In this document: positions 37,550-46,864 of the stretch, in pieces
How positions within the stretch are numbered: the first letter of the stretch is position 1
Layout: each line of letters starts with the position of its first letter
NCBI GenBank assembly: GCA_963665095.1
Contig: OY762069.1
Location: forward strand, 1,280,001-1,344,000
Source: an uncultured Desulfobacter sp.
GTDB taxonomy: Bacteria; Desulfobacterota; Desulfobacteria; Desulfobacterales; Desulfobacteraceae
Direction: 5' to 3'
DNA: 64,000 bases
Made by a program: the position numbers and the translations under genes
The notes under the pieces: model-generated
Told to the model about the DNA's origin: nothing
The model's database searches: none
What the model saw: the letters and a program-made list of their open reading frames with translations, nothing else

Positions 37550-37936
37550 ATGGAAAAAAGGTTTTGTTTTTTTCTGATTGTGATTTTGTTTAGCTTTGTG
37601 GCCTTGTTTGGCTGTAAAACAGATGAAGTCTTGAGGTCAGCGAATGCAATTTATCTTGACATCAAAACGGTAGTAACCGCCCCGGGTGTACGGGAAAAGA
37701 TCCCCCCGGTTGTGATGGTCAGACTTGCACAGCTTGAGCTTATTTACTTGAGTGCCGCCCAGGATATTAAGGCCACAGGGGTGGAGAACTCCCGCCCCAT
37801 TACCGTGGTGGTGGATTGCGCTGATGAATTTTTACAAATAATTAATACCATGGCGCTGAATGGAAAATATGAAAAGGAGATTAAAGCCATTGGAATAGCC
37901 ATTGACGTTTTGAAAAATCATATTCAGCGTGAATGA
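37550..37936 (+). CDS. Lipoprotein
   Basis: Signal peptide with LFGC lipobox. Confidence 0.7.
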   Translation: MEKRFCFFLIVILFSFVALFGCKTDEVLRSANAIYLDIKTVVTAPGVREKIPPVVMVRLAQLELIYLSAAQDIKATGVENSRPITVVVDCADEFLQIINTMALNGKYEKEIKAIGIAIDVLKNHIQRE

Positions 37937-37965
37937 GCAGATAAAGCATAAAAACGAATTAAGCA

Positions 37966-37997
37966 GGCCCCCTGGATTTTATCTTGGGGGCTTTTTT
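37966..37997 (+). terminator. Late operon intrinsic terminator
   Basis: GGCCCCC-loop-GGGGGCT followed by a T run. Confidence 0.7.
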
Positions 37998-38051
37998 GTT
38001 TTTTTAAATTATGTTAGTCATACCGATCCATATATCAACCAAGGGGGTGTT

Positions 38052-38459
38052 ATGGTTCGAATTATTAAACTTGCTGGATTGGTGATTTTCGGTTTTATAG
38101 CGTTCTTTATCGTGGTTGGTACGATTGCCCTATTGACTGGCCCCAATACTTCAAATGACCATCAAAAAACAACCCAATCCAACAAAATAGAAGATAGTCA
38201 GGGCAAAGATGCTGTTATCATGAAGGGGTGCTTTTATTCCAAGGATTTAGATATAATAAAAAAATTTCATAACCTGCAAGAAATTGGTAGGGCCGAAGAA
38301 TCAGCCCTGAATGATATGATTAAAAGCGGTGATGTTGTGGAAGTGGTAAGCCCAAGGTTAGAAGTCAGAATAATTGATAGATCAAAGGCGCCATTTTTTA
38401 AATTTGACACAGGCTTTATTGAGGGGTGGGTACATGGCGGGTGTGTTGATGGATTTTAA
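38052..38459 (+). CDS. Membrane-anchored moron protein
   Basis: GGGGG RBS then MVRIIK with an N-terminal TM helix; lies after the terminator. Confidence 0.6.
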   Translation: MVRIIKLAGLVIFGFIAFFIVVGTIALLTGPNTSNDHQKTTQSNKIEDSQGKDAVIMKGCFYSKDLDIIKKFHNLQEIGRAEESALNDMIKSGDVVEVVSPRLEVRIIDRSKAPFFKFDTGFIEGWVHGGCVDGF

Positions 38460-38467
38460 TGATATAT

Positions 38468-38632
38468 TCACTCTGCATTTAACGGGTAGTTTTGTCTTAA
38501 AAGGGCAATTATATTTTCAATATTTTCCCCTGTCTGCTTAAGCGTTGGCGACAAATCTTTTTCATTAACTGCTTTTATCGTTGAATATGCCTCTAATAAT
38601 TCCAAGAAAAATTTTAATCTATCTTTTTTCAT
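38468..38632 (-). CDS. 54-aa hypothetical protein downstream of the C4-like RNA (not in ORF track)
   Basis: GAGGGGAG RBS; MKKDRLKFFLELLEAYSTIK...PLNAE*. Confidence 0.5.
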   Translation of the reverse strand: MKKDRLKFFLELLEAYSTIKAVNEKDLSPTLKQTGENIENIIALLRQNYPLNAE

Positions 38633-38685
38633 ATTGCGCTCTCCCCTCTTTATATAGAAATGTTTTTTGAACTTTAATATGACAA

Positions 38686-38762
38686 TGCGGGCCGCATCCA
38701 GGTTGACAGATCGGAAACCATAGGAAACCGACGGGCACAGAACCCCCCGAACACGGCCCGCA
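38686..38762 (-). ncRNA. C4-like antisense RNA
   Basis: 14-bp closing stem (its G-U pairs form only on the minus strand), two inner hairpins, and unpaired segments complementary to upstream 38777..38803. Confidence 0.6.
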
Positions 38763-38962
38763 ATAATGGACCGCGCTTATGGTTTTTCCGGCTGTCAACC
38801 CGGGACCGGAATTTTATCCGATCATCGGTTGTATGGCACATAAGAAATATGGAAGTCAAGAATATAAAAACATCAAAAGACGGAGAATTTATTCCCTGTT
38901 ATATCAATATTTGTTAGTCCAGCGCCTTTTTTTACCATGTGGGAGACGTTTGATTTTTAAAA

Positions 38963-38985
38963 AAAGTTTATCAGAGGTTTATCAA
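38963..38985 (+). repeat. Putative integrase arm-type sites (right arm)
   Basis: AAAGTTTATCAGAGGTTTATCAA; same motif and 11-bp period as 1316..1339. Confidence 0.55.
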
Positions 38986-38988
38986 GGG

Positions 38989-39017
38989 TTGACACCCGGG
39001 CTGAAAAGCCTTAATCT
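38989..39017 (+). promoter_or_regulatory. Phage-encoded replacement promoter for the riboswitch-ribB leader
   Basis: TTGACA (38989-38994), 17-bp spacer, TAATCT (39012-39017). Confidence 0.6.
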
Positions 39018-39029
39018 GCCCGGGTTTTT

Positions 39030-39056
39030 GTTCTCAGGGCGGGGTGAAATTCCCCA
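39030..39056 (+). repeat. attR core
   Basis: Identical to 1232..1258. Confidence 0.95.
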
Positions 39057-39186
39057 CCGGCGGTAACCTGAACACCATGGCGCAAGCCATCAGGAAAGCC
39101 CGCGAGCGCTCTGCTTTTGATACAGAGGTCAGCAGATCCGGTGAAACTCCGGAGCCGACGGTGACAGTCCGGATGGAAGAGAATAA
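39030..39186 (+). ncRNA. FMN riboswitch (RFN element)
   Basis: AGGGCGGGGTGAAATTCCCCACCGGCGGT..AGCCCGCGAGCG..GTCAGCAGATCCGGTGAAACTCCGGAGCCGACGGT..AGTCCGGATGGAAGAGAA, upstream of ribB. Confidence 0.97.
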
Positions 39187-39340
39187 GCACGGAAACTGTC
39201 TGCCATTGCAGCTGCATCCGGACGGATTTTTATAATACATAAAAAAACCTCCGGACAGTGATGATGACTATTGTTTTTTGCCTGTTTCGTTTTCCACGCC
39301 CTGATTCATGTATTAATTTATTATTTAAAGGAGTTGAATC

Positions 39341-39997
39341 ATGAATCAGAATTCGTTAAACCAGTTTGGAAACTCAATCCAGCGACTTGAAGCCGGACTA
39401 GATGCCCTTCGCCGGGGTACAGGTGTCCTGGTTGCTGACGATGAAAACCGGGAGAACGAGGTTGATCTAATTTTTCCCGCCCACAGCCTCACGATTGAAC
39501 AGATGGCTATGCTGATCCGCGAATGCAGCGGCATTGTCTGCCTGTGTCTTCCCCCAAAAAGAGTTGACGCATTAGGTCTTCCACCCATGGTGGATAAAAA
39601 TTCAAGCCCCTATCAAACCGCATTTACAGTGTCCATTGAAGCGGCAAAAGGGGTTACTACGGGTGTATCTGCCAGGGACAGGGTTACCACTGTCCAGGCA
39701 GCCATTGCCCCTGACGCTGCCCCGGAAGACCTGAACCATCCCGGCCATGTATTTCCCCTTCAGGCAAAACCGGGCGGTGTGCTTGAACGTAAGGGCCATA
39801 CAGAAGCAACGGTTGACCTGATGACCTTAGCAGGTCTGCCCCCTTACGGGGTATTGTGCGAACTGACCAACACTGACGGCACCATGGCAAGGTTGCCCAG
39901 GGCAGTACAGTTTGCCTTGAAACACGGACTGTCAGTTCTCACTGTGGAGGATATTGTCAATTACAGGCTGAAGGAGCAAAGCGTTAAAGCATCATAA
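39341..39997 (+). CDS. ribB: 3,4-dihydroxy-2-butanone-4-phosphate synthase
   Basis: [31 protein letters not shown] and GHTEA motifs. Confidence 0.97.
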   Translation: MNQNSLNQFGNSIQRLEAGLDALRRGTGVLVADDENRENEVDLIFPAHSLTIEQMAMLIRECSGIVCLCLPPKRVDALGLPPMVDKNSSPYQTAFTVSIEAAKGVTTGVSARDRVTTVQAAIAPDAAPEDLNHPGHVFPLQAKPGGVLERKGHTEATVDLMTLAGLPPYGVLCELTNTDGTMARLPRAVQFALKHGLSVLTVEDIVNYRLKEQSVKAS

Positions 39998-40357
39998 TTG
40001 TATCCCGGCATCTTTAATAGGAATTACCTGTTTCCAGAAGATGCCGGAACATTTTTCATAATCGTATCTCCTATTTTTAAAACACCCCTGCCTTGAATCT
40101 GTAAAAAGTTTTGACTTTCCTCTCAGATTTGTGCTAAAAATTTTTATTATCATGCGAAATATGTTCTAAACGCTCAATAATCCAGCTGAAAATTCGTACA
40201 TACGCAACTGCGATCACACAATTTCACTTCAGCCTTATTGAGCTGTTTAAAAAGCTTTATCTATCTTTGAATTTGACTTTAAAATATTTTGATATGACAA
40301 AAAAACTCTGACATTAGTCTTTACAGACCTTTTTTATACAAGACGGAGGATCCGACA

Positions 40358-40918
40358 TTGAACGATTTTTTAAAAAATCTGAGAAGTTCCGGTAAAAAGG
40401 AAGCTGCCTCACCCAGAAAAGCCATGGATACGAATTACTTCTCACAAAGTGACCGGCGCCTGACAAAAGAAAGACGCCCGTCCGCCTTTACCCGAAGCAA
40501 CTCACACCCGCCGGTAAAGGATACGACGTTGAGCCAGGAGATTGGGGAGCTAATGCCCGTGATTGCTGAAAATACATCCCGGCTGGTAAAGGAAATAAGC
40601 CGACTGGCAACGGTCAGTGAAATGGTCATGGAATCCCAGATACGCCAGCAAACCGCCCTGGCTGATTTTTTTGAATCACTGAGCGAATTTCTGGCAAACA
40701 GTCCACAGATAGACGGCATCCCCATGGCCACAACCAGTTATGCCTGTGGCACCCATTACACCAAAGATGATATTATCTCAACCATCAATATGATGCGGGA
40801 CCAGGGGGCCACTTTTGCCACCATTGCAGAATACCTCAGAGACAAAGGTATCCCTACCTTTTCCGGCAGAGGGCAATGGCATGCCCAGACCATCCACAGG
40901 TTGTGCAAACAAAATTAG
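40358..40918 (+). CDS. Hypothetical protein with C-terminal recombinase-like HTH
   Basis: IAEYLRDKGIPTFSGRGQWHAQTIHRL; GGAG RBS before a TTG start. Confidence 0.65.
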   Translation: MNDFLKNLRSSGKKEAASPRKAMDTNYFSQSDRRLTKERRPSAFTRSNSHPPVKDTTLSQEIGELMPVIAENTSRLVKEISRLATVSEMVMESQIRQQTALADFFESLSEFLANSPQIDGIPMATTSYACGTHYTKDDIISTINMMRDQGATFATIAEYLRDKGIPTFSGRGQWHAQTIHRLCKQN

Positions 40919-41544
40919 TCTTTTTTAAGCCCTTTAATGATTATATCAAAGGCAGTTTGCAATGTTGGTCTGACAAAATTTTTTTCATCATTCAACCTCC
41001 GTTTTGAATCAACCCAGAGGACAACACCTGAATACGTGGCCCAGAGTATGTCTGCCAGGGCTACTGGATGCTCATCAGCAAAAAGCCCTTTTTCAATCCC
41101 TTCCTGAACCACCATGATAATGGCACGGTGAGCCCGGCTGGAATTTTTCTTCAGCTCATCCATGACTTCATCTGAGAGGTTGTACAGGGTTTCACCGGAC
41201 TGTAGATGAAATAAATTAATCAGGATACTGGCATCATGTTCATACATATCAATGAACACATCTCTAAACCTGGCAATTTTCTCCAGTACGTCCATATCCT
41301 GATCCACAACTTTACCTATTTCAATGCCAAGATGCTCTAAAAGATCTATGGACAGGGAGGTATGAAGCTCTTCCTTGTTTTTGAAATACAGATATAGTGT
41401 GCCCGGACTCAGTTCCGCTTTGGAAGCAATCTCCTCCATGGTGGCAGAATTAAATCCTTTTTTGGAAAACACATGACGGGCAGCAGCAAGTATTTCCTGG
41501 CGTCTTCGTTCCTTTTCCCGTTGTTTTCGTTCATATATACCCAT
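40915..41544 (-). CDS. TetR/AcrR family regulator
   Basis: FSKKGFNSATMEEIA..GTLYLYFKNKEEL; start taken at MGIYER. Confidence 0.92.
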   Translation of the reverse strand: MGIYERKQREKERRRQEILAAARHVFSKKGFNSATMEEIASKAELSPGTLYLYFKNKEELHTSLSIDLLEHLGIEIGKVVDQDMDVLEKIARFRDVFIDMYEHDASILINLFHLQSGETLYNLSDEVMDELKKNSSRAHRAIIMVVQEGIEKGLFADEHPVALADILWATYSGVVLWVDSKRRLNDEKNFVRPTLQTAFDIIIKGLKKD

Positions 41545-41867
41545 GTGCACTCTTTTATTTATTGAATTTGGTTCATTATTTTTAACAAAAGTTGTCTTAC
41601 AGCAATCAAACAGGAATCTCAAGAAAAAGATTTGTAAATCCTAATTTATTTTAAACACACAGCAGGGAAATTCATGTTTATCAAGAAATAAAAGCAGGAA
41701 AATAGATAAATATTCACAACCAGACCATTTTTATATATGATATCTGACAAGTTCTTTTATCTAAAAATAATTAACACGCTCAATTATTACAATAACATTG
41801 ATCTGCTTTGAAAGCATTGGCAACATGACTTTTTTAAAAAGAGGCAGTAAAATACGGGAGGTTGACT

Positions 41868-43790
41868 ATGACCAAAGCCACTTACTGGGCAGATTCCTTT
41901 GTTGATAAGCTTTGCAGTGCCCAGGATGCCCTTAAACATATCCATTCCGGCCAGCGCGTGTTTGTGGGGTCATCATGTGCTGAACCCCAGCACCTGGTCA
42001 ATGAATTATCCGCCATTTCCTCACGGTTTACCGACCTTGAAATCGTGCGGCTTCTCAGCATTGAAAGCGGCCCTTTAACCCTTATCGCCAACCGCTCTCA
42101 CTCCCAGCAGTTTAATATCCGATCTTTTTATCTCGGATCCGGTGCCCCCTCCATTATCCGGAAAAACCAGCGGTTCATCACGCCGGCCAACCTCTCCCAG
42201 ATCCCGGACCTGTTCAAATCCGGACTGATGCCGTTGAATGCCGCCCTGATCCAGGCTACCCCGCCGGATGACTTTGGCTGGATGAGCTTAGGGATTTCCG
42301 TGGACATCAACCTGGCTGCCTGTGAAACAGCTGATATTGTTATCTGCCAGATCAACCCTAAAATGCCCCGGGTTTTAGGCAGAAGTTTTATTCATGTCAA
42401 TGATGTTGATTTTATTGTTGAGCATGAAGAGGAACTTTTAACCATTCAGCCGCTTCCGGAACATGAATCCGCCAATATTATAGCCAAACATATTTCAAGG
42501 CTCATTAAAGACGGCTCCACCATTCAGACCAGCCTTGGGGTGACCACAGAAGCCACCATGGTGGCCCTGGCAGGAAAAAATGACCTGGGGATTCATTCCC
42601 AATACCTGTCTGATGCCATTATGCGCCTTTTTTCCATAGGTGTAATTACCAACAAGCAAAAAGGATTTAACAATGGAAAACTTGTGGCAGGCGCAGCAGT
42701 AGGTTCCAGGCTGCTCTATGAATTCCTTGACGACAATCCGTCCATTGAGTTTCATCCATCCGACTATATCAACAACCCGGGCATCATCGGCAGGCACAAT
42801 AGAATGGTGACCCTGAACACAGCTGCAGCCATTGACCTGACCGGCCAGGTGGCAGCTGATGCCCTGCCTCTGAACAACTACACCGGCATTAACGGACTGC
42901 TGGATTTCACACGGGGCGCAGCCATGTCAGAAGGGGGAAAATCCATCCTCATGATGACAGCCACCCAGGACCATGGCCAGAAAAGCAGAATCGTTCCGCA
43001 GCTTGCCGACTATGCCGTGGTAGTTCCAAGGGGCGATGTCCAGTTTGTGGCAACGGAATACGGTGTGGTGAATCTGTTCGGTAAAACCCTTCAGGAAAGG
43101 GTCATGGCTCTTGTATCCATTGCCCACCCTGATTTCAGAGATGAGCTGTTTGCCGCTGCCAAGGAACTTGATCTCATAGACAGCGACCGCAAATTCAAAC
43201 AGGCCATCAAAGGGGTCTACCCGCTCAAATATGAAGAGACAATCGTCATAAAAGAAATTCCCATCACCTTCAGACCGGCAAAACCGGTGGACGAGCGGTT
43301 TATACAGGAGCACTATTACACCATGAACCGCGGGGATATTGTTTCCAGATTCTTCCACGAAAAGAAAAGTTTTGTCCATGACCAGATTGAAACCACTTAT
43401 GAAATCGATTATATCAATGACCTGACCATTGTCGCCACCATTGGAGAACTGGGATTTGAAAAAATCATTGCCGTAGGCGAGTATTTCAGAAACAGCATCA
43501 TCAATATGGCAGAAGTGGCGTATTCGGTGTCCAAGGAATACCAGGGAATGGGGATTGCAAACATCTTACAGGAAAAACTTGTCCAGGCAGCCATTGACAA
43601 CAGTATCAAAGGACTGATCGCCTATACGTCCCCGCAGAACAAGGGCATGATTGGTCTGTTTCACAAGCTGCCGTATAATATCAAAACGGAAAAAGATGAT
43701 GACATGATTATTTTAAGCTGTGTTTTTGATGAGCCTAGGGATGATGACGGAGGCAAGGCCCTGGGAGATGCCATTTTGTCCATGGGATAA
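41868..43790 (+). CDS. Acetyl-CoA hydrolase/transferase fused to a GNAT domain
   Basis: DLTGQV, DFTRGA..S.GGKSI, TEYGVVNL.GK; C-terminal AEVAYSV..YQGMGIA. Confidence 0.88.
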   Translation: MTKATYWADSFVDKLCSAQDALKHIHSGQRVFVGSSCAEPQHLVNELSAISSRFTDLEIVRLLSIESGPLTLIANRSHSQQFNIRSFYLGSGAPSIIRKNQRFITPANLSQIPDLFKSGLMPLNAALIQATPPDDFGWMSLGISVDINLAACETADIVICQINPKMPRVLGRSFIHVNDVDFIVEHEEELLTIQPLPEHESANIIAKHISRLIKDGSTIQTSLGVTTEATMVALAGKNDLGIHSQYLSDAIMRLFSIGVITNKQKGFNNGKLVAGAAVGSRLLYEFLDDNPSIEFHPSDYINNPGIIGRHNRMVTLNTAAAIDLTGQVAADALPLNNYTGINGLLDFTRGAAMSEGGKSILMMTATQDHGQKSRIVPQLADYAVVVPRGDVQFVATEYGVVNLFGKTLQERVMALVSIAHPDFRDELFAAAKELDLIDSDRKFKQAIKGVYPLKYEETIVIKEIPITFRPAKPVDERFIQEHYYTMNRGDIVSRFFHEKKSFVHDQIETTYEIDYINDLTIVATIGELGFEKIIAVGEYFRNSIINMAEVAYSVSKEYQGMGIANILQEKLVQAAIDNSIKGLIAYTSPQNKGMIGLFHKLPYNIKTEKDDDMIILSCVFDEPRDDDGGKALGDAILSMG

Positions 43791-43816
43791 CACCTGACAT
43801 AAATTGGGGCAGCAAT

Positions 43817-44041
43817 CTAATTTTTTTCAGGTTTACATAACTGTTTGGACTTGGATGATAATCGTCCGCATTTCTTACATGAAAAGGCCAGTTTTTTCCT
43901 TACAGGGGCGCACACCTGGCTGGCCTCGATAGACGATGCGCCGCACTCTTTGCAGACAAATGCTTCGGTTACACCCGAGGATTTACGCAAGTGCTCTTTT
44001 TTCTTTTTGCACGATTTGCAGGCCCGAATCTTATTTCCCAT
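43817..44041 (-). CDS. Small Cys/Lys-rich protein
   Basis: GGAGG RBS; three CxxC pairs with repeated F.CK.CG...C.P. Confidence 0.6.
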   Translation of the reverse strand: MGNKIRACKSCKKKKEHLRKSSGVTEAFVCKECGASSIEASQVCAPVRKKLAFSCKKCGRLSSKSKQLCKPEKN

Positions 44042-44207
44042 ACTGCAACCTCCATGTAAAAATGAAATGATCATCCAATCCTTCCAAAATAGTACCGATT
44101 TATCAAAGGTCAATTTGCGCATATAAACAGTGTCTGAACGAAAACCCCATGTTTGGTGTTGGACGCAAAGTCACCCACCTGCGGCGTTCAAACACTTAGG
44201 ACCGCAA

Positions 44208-44845
44208 GTCATATACCTCCGGCAAAGCCGGAGGCTTGATTTTGTGAACCGCTCAAAGCGGTTATTTAATGGCCACCTCAAAGGTGGCAATACATTACCT
44301 GAATAAAGTCAGTTGTTCTAAGCGCTGATCCTCTTTCTCCTGGGTTCTGATGTATTCTCTAACGACATCTTCATCTCTCCCAACAGTTGAAACGTGATAA
44401 CCTCTGGCCCAAAACTGCTGACCTGTATAATTTTTTCTATGGCCCAGATAATTCCGAGCGATGTGGATGGCACTTTTACCTTTGATAAATCCGACAACTT
44501 GTGCCACCGAGTACTTTGGAGGGATCGAGATCAGCATATGGACATGGTCGGGCATCATATGCCCCTCTAAAACCTCGCTTTCCTTACATCTTGCTAAATC
44601 CTTGAAAACTTGCCCAAGGTATTTCCTAAGTTGGCCGTACAGTGTCTTTCTGCGGTACTTCGGTATCCACACAACATGGTATTTGCATTCCCAACGGCTG
44701 TGGGATAAACTTAATTCGTTGTTCATGAAAGCCTTTCCTTTGTGAATTTGAGCGGTTCACTTTTGGATGGGCTTTCATTTTTCCCCGCAAATGTCAAACT
44801 TTGGTGAGTCCCCCGGCAGAGCCGGGGGTTTACCTAAGGACAATT
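44208..44845 (-). mobile_element. IS200-group insertion sequence (ends approximate)
   Basis: tnpA flanked by subterminal hairpins CCTCCGGC-AAA-GCCGGAGG (44217-44235) and CCCCCGGC-AGA-GCCGGGGG (44810-44828). Confidence 0.85.
44295..44726 (-). CDS. tnpA: IS200/IS605 Y1 (HUH) transposase
   Basis: YHVVWIPKYRR, DHVHML, IKGKS, FWARGY and YIRTQ motifs. Confidence 0.97.
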   Translation of the reverse strand: MNNELSLSHSRWECKYHVVWIPKYRRKTLYGQLRKYLGQVFKDLARCKESEVLEGHMMPDHVHMLISIPPKYSVAQVVGFIKGKSAIHIARNYLGHRKNYTGQQFWARGYHVSTVGRDEDVVREYIRTQEKEDQRLEQLTLFR

Positions 44846-45174
44846 AAATAAAGTGAGCAAAAATTGCGCAGAACTTTGGCTCATATACAAGGCGCACCAA
44901 AGGTTCAATAGCAGGCCTATTGGGCCTTTGGTGCAACGCAGTAGATGAGTCAAAGGGCAAGCAAGTTTGTTCATGTTATTTTGTTTGCGGTCCTTAGCAT
45001 CCAGGCATAGCGGGCCAGGATATTTAATTTGCCTGACAGGCAGGAATGGCCCTGCTACGAAACGGGCAAAATCTTGATTCAAAACATGGGGTGTGATATT
45101 AGACCTGCCATGGCTATAACACAGTTAAACACACCTTTTAATCCCTTTACGCTTCATCGGCCTGGAACAAAATA

Positions 45175-46737
45175 ATGACACTTCAGCTTGACCATATCAG
45201 GGCTGTACATGACATCAGCCGCCCATATCTGTTTATAAAAACAGGAAGAAATACACAGGTAAGCCGTCCGTCGCAAAGCAATATGGGCAGTATGGCTGAC
45301 CAGGCCTATGTACCGCCTGTCATGCCGGAAAACCTTGGTGATCCGGAATTTAAGACCCGGCATGGTTTAAAGTTCGCCTATATCGCCGGTGCCATGGCCA
45401 ATGGTATTGCGTCAACGGCTCTGGTCAGGACCATGGGAGAAAACGGAATGGTCGGTTTTTTCGGTGCCGGCGGACTGGGTCTGGATCAGATAGAATCCGC
45501 CATTCTTGAACTGAAATCCACCCTCAAGGAAAAACCCTTTGGATTCAACTTGATCCACAGCCTAGGAGATCCTGATCACGAAATGGCAACAGTTAAACTG
45601 TACCTGCGCCATGGGGTGACAAAAATATCGGCGGCTGCTTTTTTACGCATCACCCTGCCCCTGGTTTACTATCGCGTGAAAGGGCTTCACAGAAACAGCA
45701 GAGGGGAAATAACAGCGCCCAACCATATCATTGCCAAGGTTTCCCGTATTGAAGTGGCAAGACAGTTTTTTGCACCGCCACCTGAAAAACTGGTAAATCA
45801 GCTGGCCACAGCCGGGATGATTACCCCTGAAGAGGCCCGCCTTGCCGCCCATATTCCCATGGCCCGGGATCTGACAGCTGAGGCAGATTCCGGAGGGCAC
45901 ACGGATAACCGCCCGGCCCTGGCCCTGTTACCTACCTTCATTGCCCTGAAAAATGAGATCATGGCATCCCGAAACTATGCACAGCCCCTTTGTGTGGGTC
46001 TGGCCGGGGGCATCGCAACCCCGGAATCAGCAGCAGCAGCGTTCAGTATGGGGGCAGCTTATATCTTAACCGGCTCCATCAACCAGGCCTGCGTTGAGGC
46101 AGGTATCTGCGAGGATGTCAAAAAAATGCTGTGCCAGGCAGAACAGGCAGACGTTGCCATGGCGCCCTCAGCTGACATGTTTGAAATCGGGGCCCGGGTT
46201 CAGGTGCTGAAGCGGGGCACCCTGTTTTCTGTTCGTGCCGAAAAGCTGTATCAACTGTATAGAAGACATACCGAATTTGAAAACCTGCCACCGGCGGCAC
46301 AAAAGGAGATTCAGGAAAAATTTCTGCAGACATCCTTTGAGTCGGCCTGGCAGTCCACAAAAAATTTTTTTCTCTCCCGGGGCAATGCAGCCGAAATCGA
46401 ACGGGCCCAAAAAGATGCCAGGCATAAAATGGCCCTGGTGTTCAGGTCTTACCTGGGGCAGTCGTCAAGATGGGCCATTCAGGGCGATCCGTCACGCAAA
46501 ATGGATTACCAGGTCTGGTGCGGCCCTGCCATGGGTGCTTTTAACCAGTGGGCCAAAGGCAGTTTTCTTGAATCCCACGCCAACCGGCTCGCCGCGCATA
46601 TCGCTTTGAATCTTCTGGTCGGTGCCTGTGTCGTCACCCGTGCCGCATTTGCCAGAACCCAGGGAATTGCCCTGCCACCTGAAGCCGGCCAGTTCGGCCC
46701 CATGCCCATGGATCAAATTCTTAAACTGATATCCTGA
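45175..46737 (+). CDS. pfaD: PfaD-family enoyl reductase
   Basis: GAMANGIAS, EADSGGHTDN, MFEIGARVQVLKRG and DYQVWCGPAMGAFN motifs. Confidence 0.92.
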   Translation: MTLQLDHIRAVHDISRPYLFIKTGRNTQVSRPSQSNMGSMADQAYVPPVMPENLGDPEFKTRHGLKFAYIAGAMANGIASTALVRTMGENGMVGFFGAGGLGLDQIESAILELKSTLKEKPFGFNLIHSLGDPDHEMATVKLYLRHGVTKISAAAFLRITLPLVYYRVKGLHRNSRGEITAPNHIIAKVSRIEVARQFFAPPPEKLVNQLATAGMITPEEARLAAHIPMARDLTAEADSGGHTDNRPALALLPTFIALKNEIMASRNYAQPLCVGLAGGIATPESAAAAFSMGAAYILTGSINQACVEAGICEDVKKMLCQAEQADVAMAPSADMFEIGARVQVLKRGTLFSVRAEKLYQLYRRHTEFENLPPAAQKEIQEKFLQTSFESAWQSTKNFFLSRGNAAEIERAQKDARHKMALVFRSYLGQSSRWAIQGDPSRKMDYQVWCGPAMGAFNQWAKGSFLESHANRLAAHIALNLLVGACVVTRAAFARTQGIALPPEAGQFGPMPMDQILKLIS

Positions 46738-46864
46738 CCAGGTATGTAAAACTTTTGTCAATTCTTGATTAAATGGATAAGTCATCCCCATTTTTCGGTG
46801 TATTCCGTATATATTGATACAAAAACGCCTGAATTAACCCCTTAACCACAATATTTTTTCATAC

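Larger units (their letters stand above)
1232..39056. mobile_element. Apparently complete temperate prophage (lambda-like head and packaging, contractile tail), 37,798-bp unit
   Basis: Integrase, immunity, replication, packaging, head, tail and lysis modules lie between perfect 27-bp direct repeats. Confidence 0.95.
44196..44997. mobile_element. MITE-like palindromic element interrupted by the IS200
   Basis: Inverted ends TAGGACCGCAA / TTGCGGTCCT and an internal long hairpin GCACCAAAGGTTCAATAG..CTATTGGGCCTTTGGTGC. Confidence 0.5.

Noticed and set aside
38674..39240. Short ORFs overlapping the C4-like RNA, attR and riboswitch
   Set aside because: They overlap structured RNA or regulatory elements and lack RBS or protein motifs.
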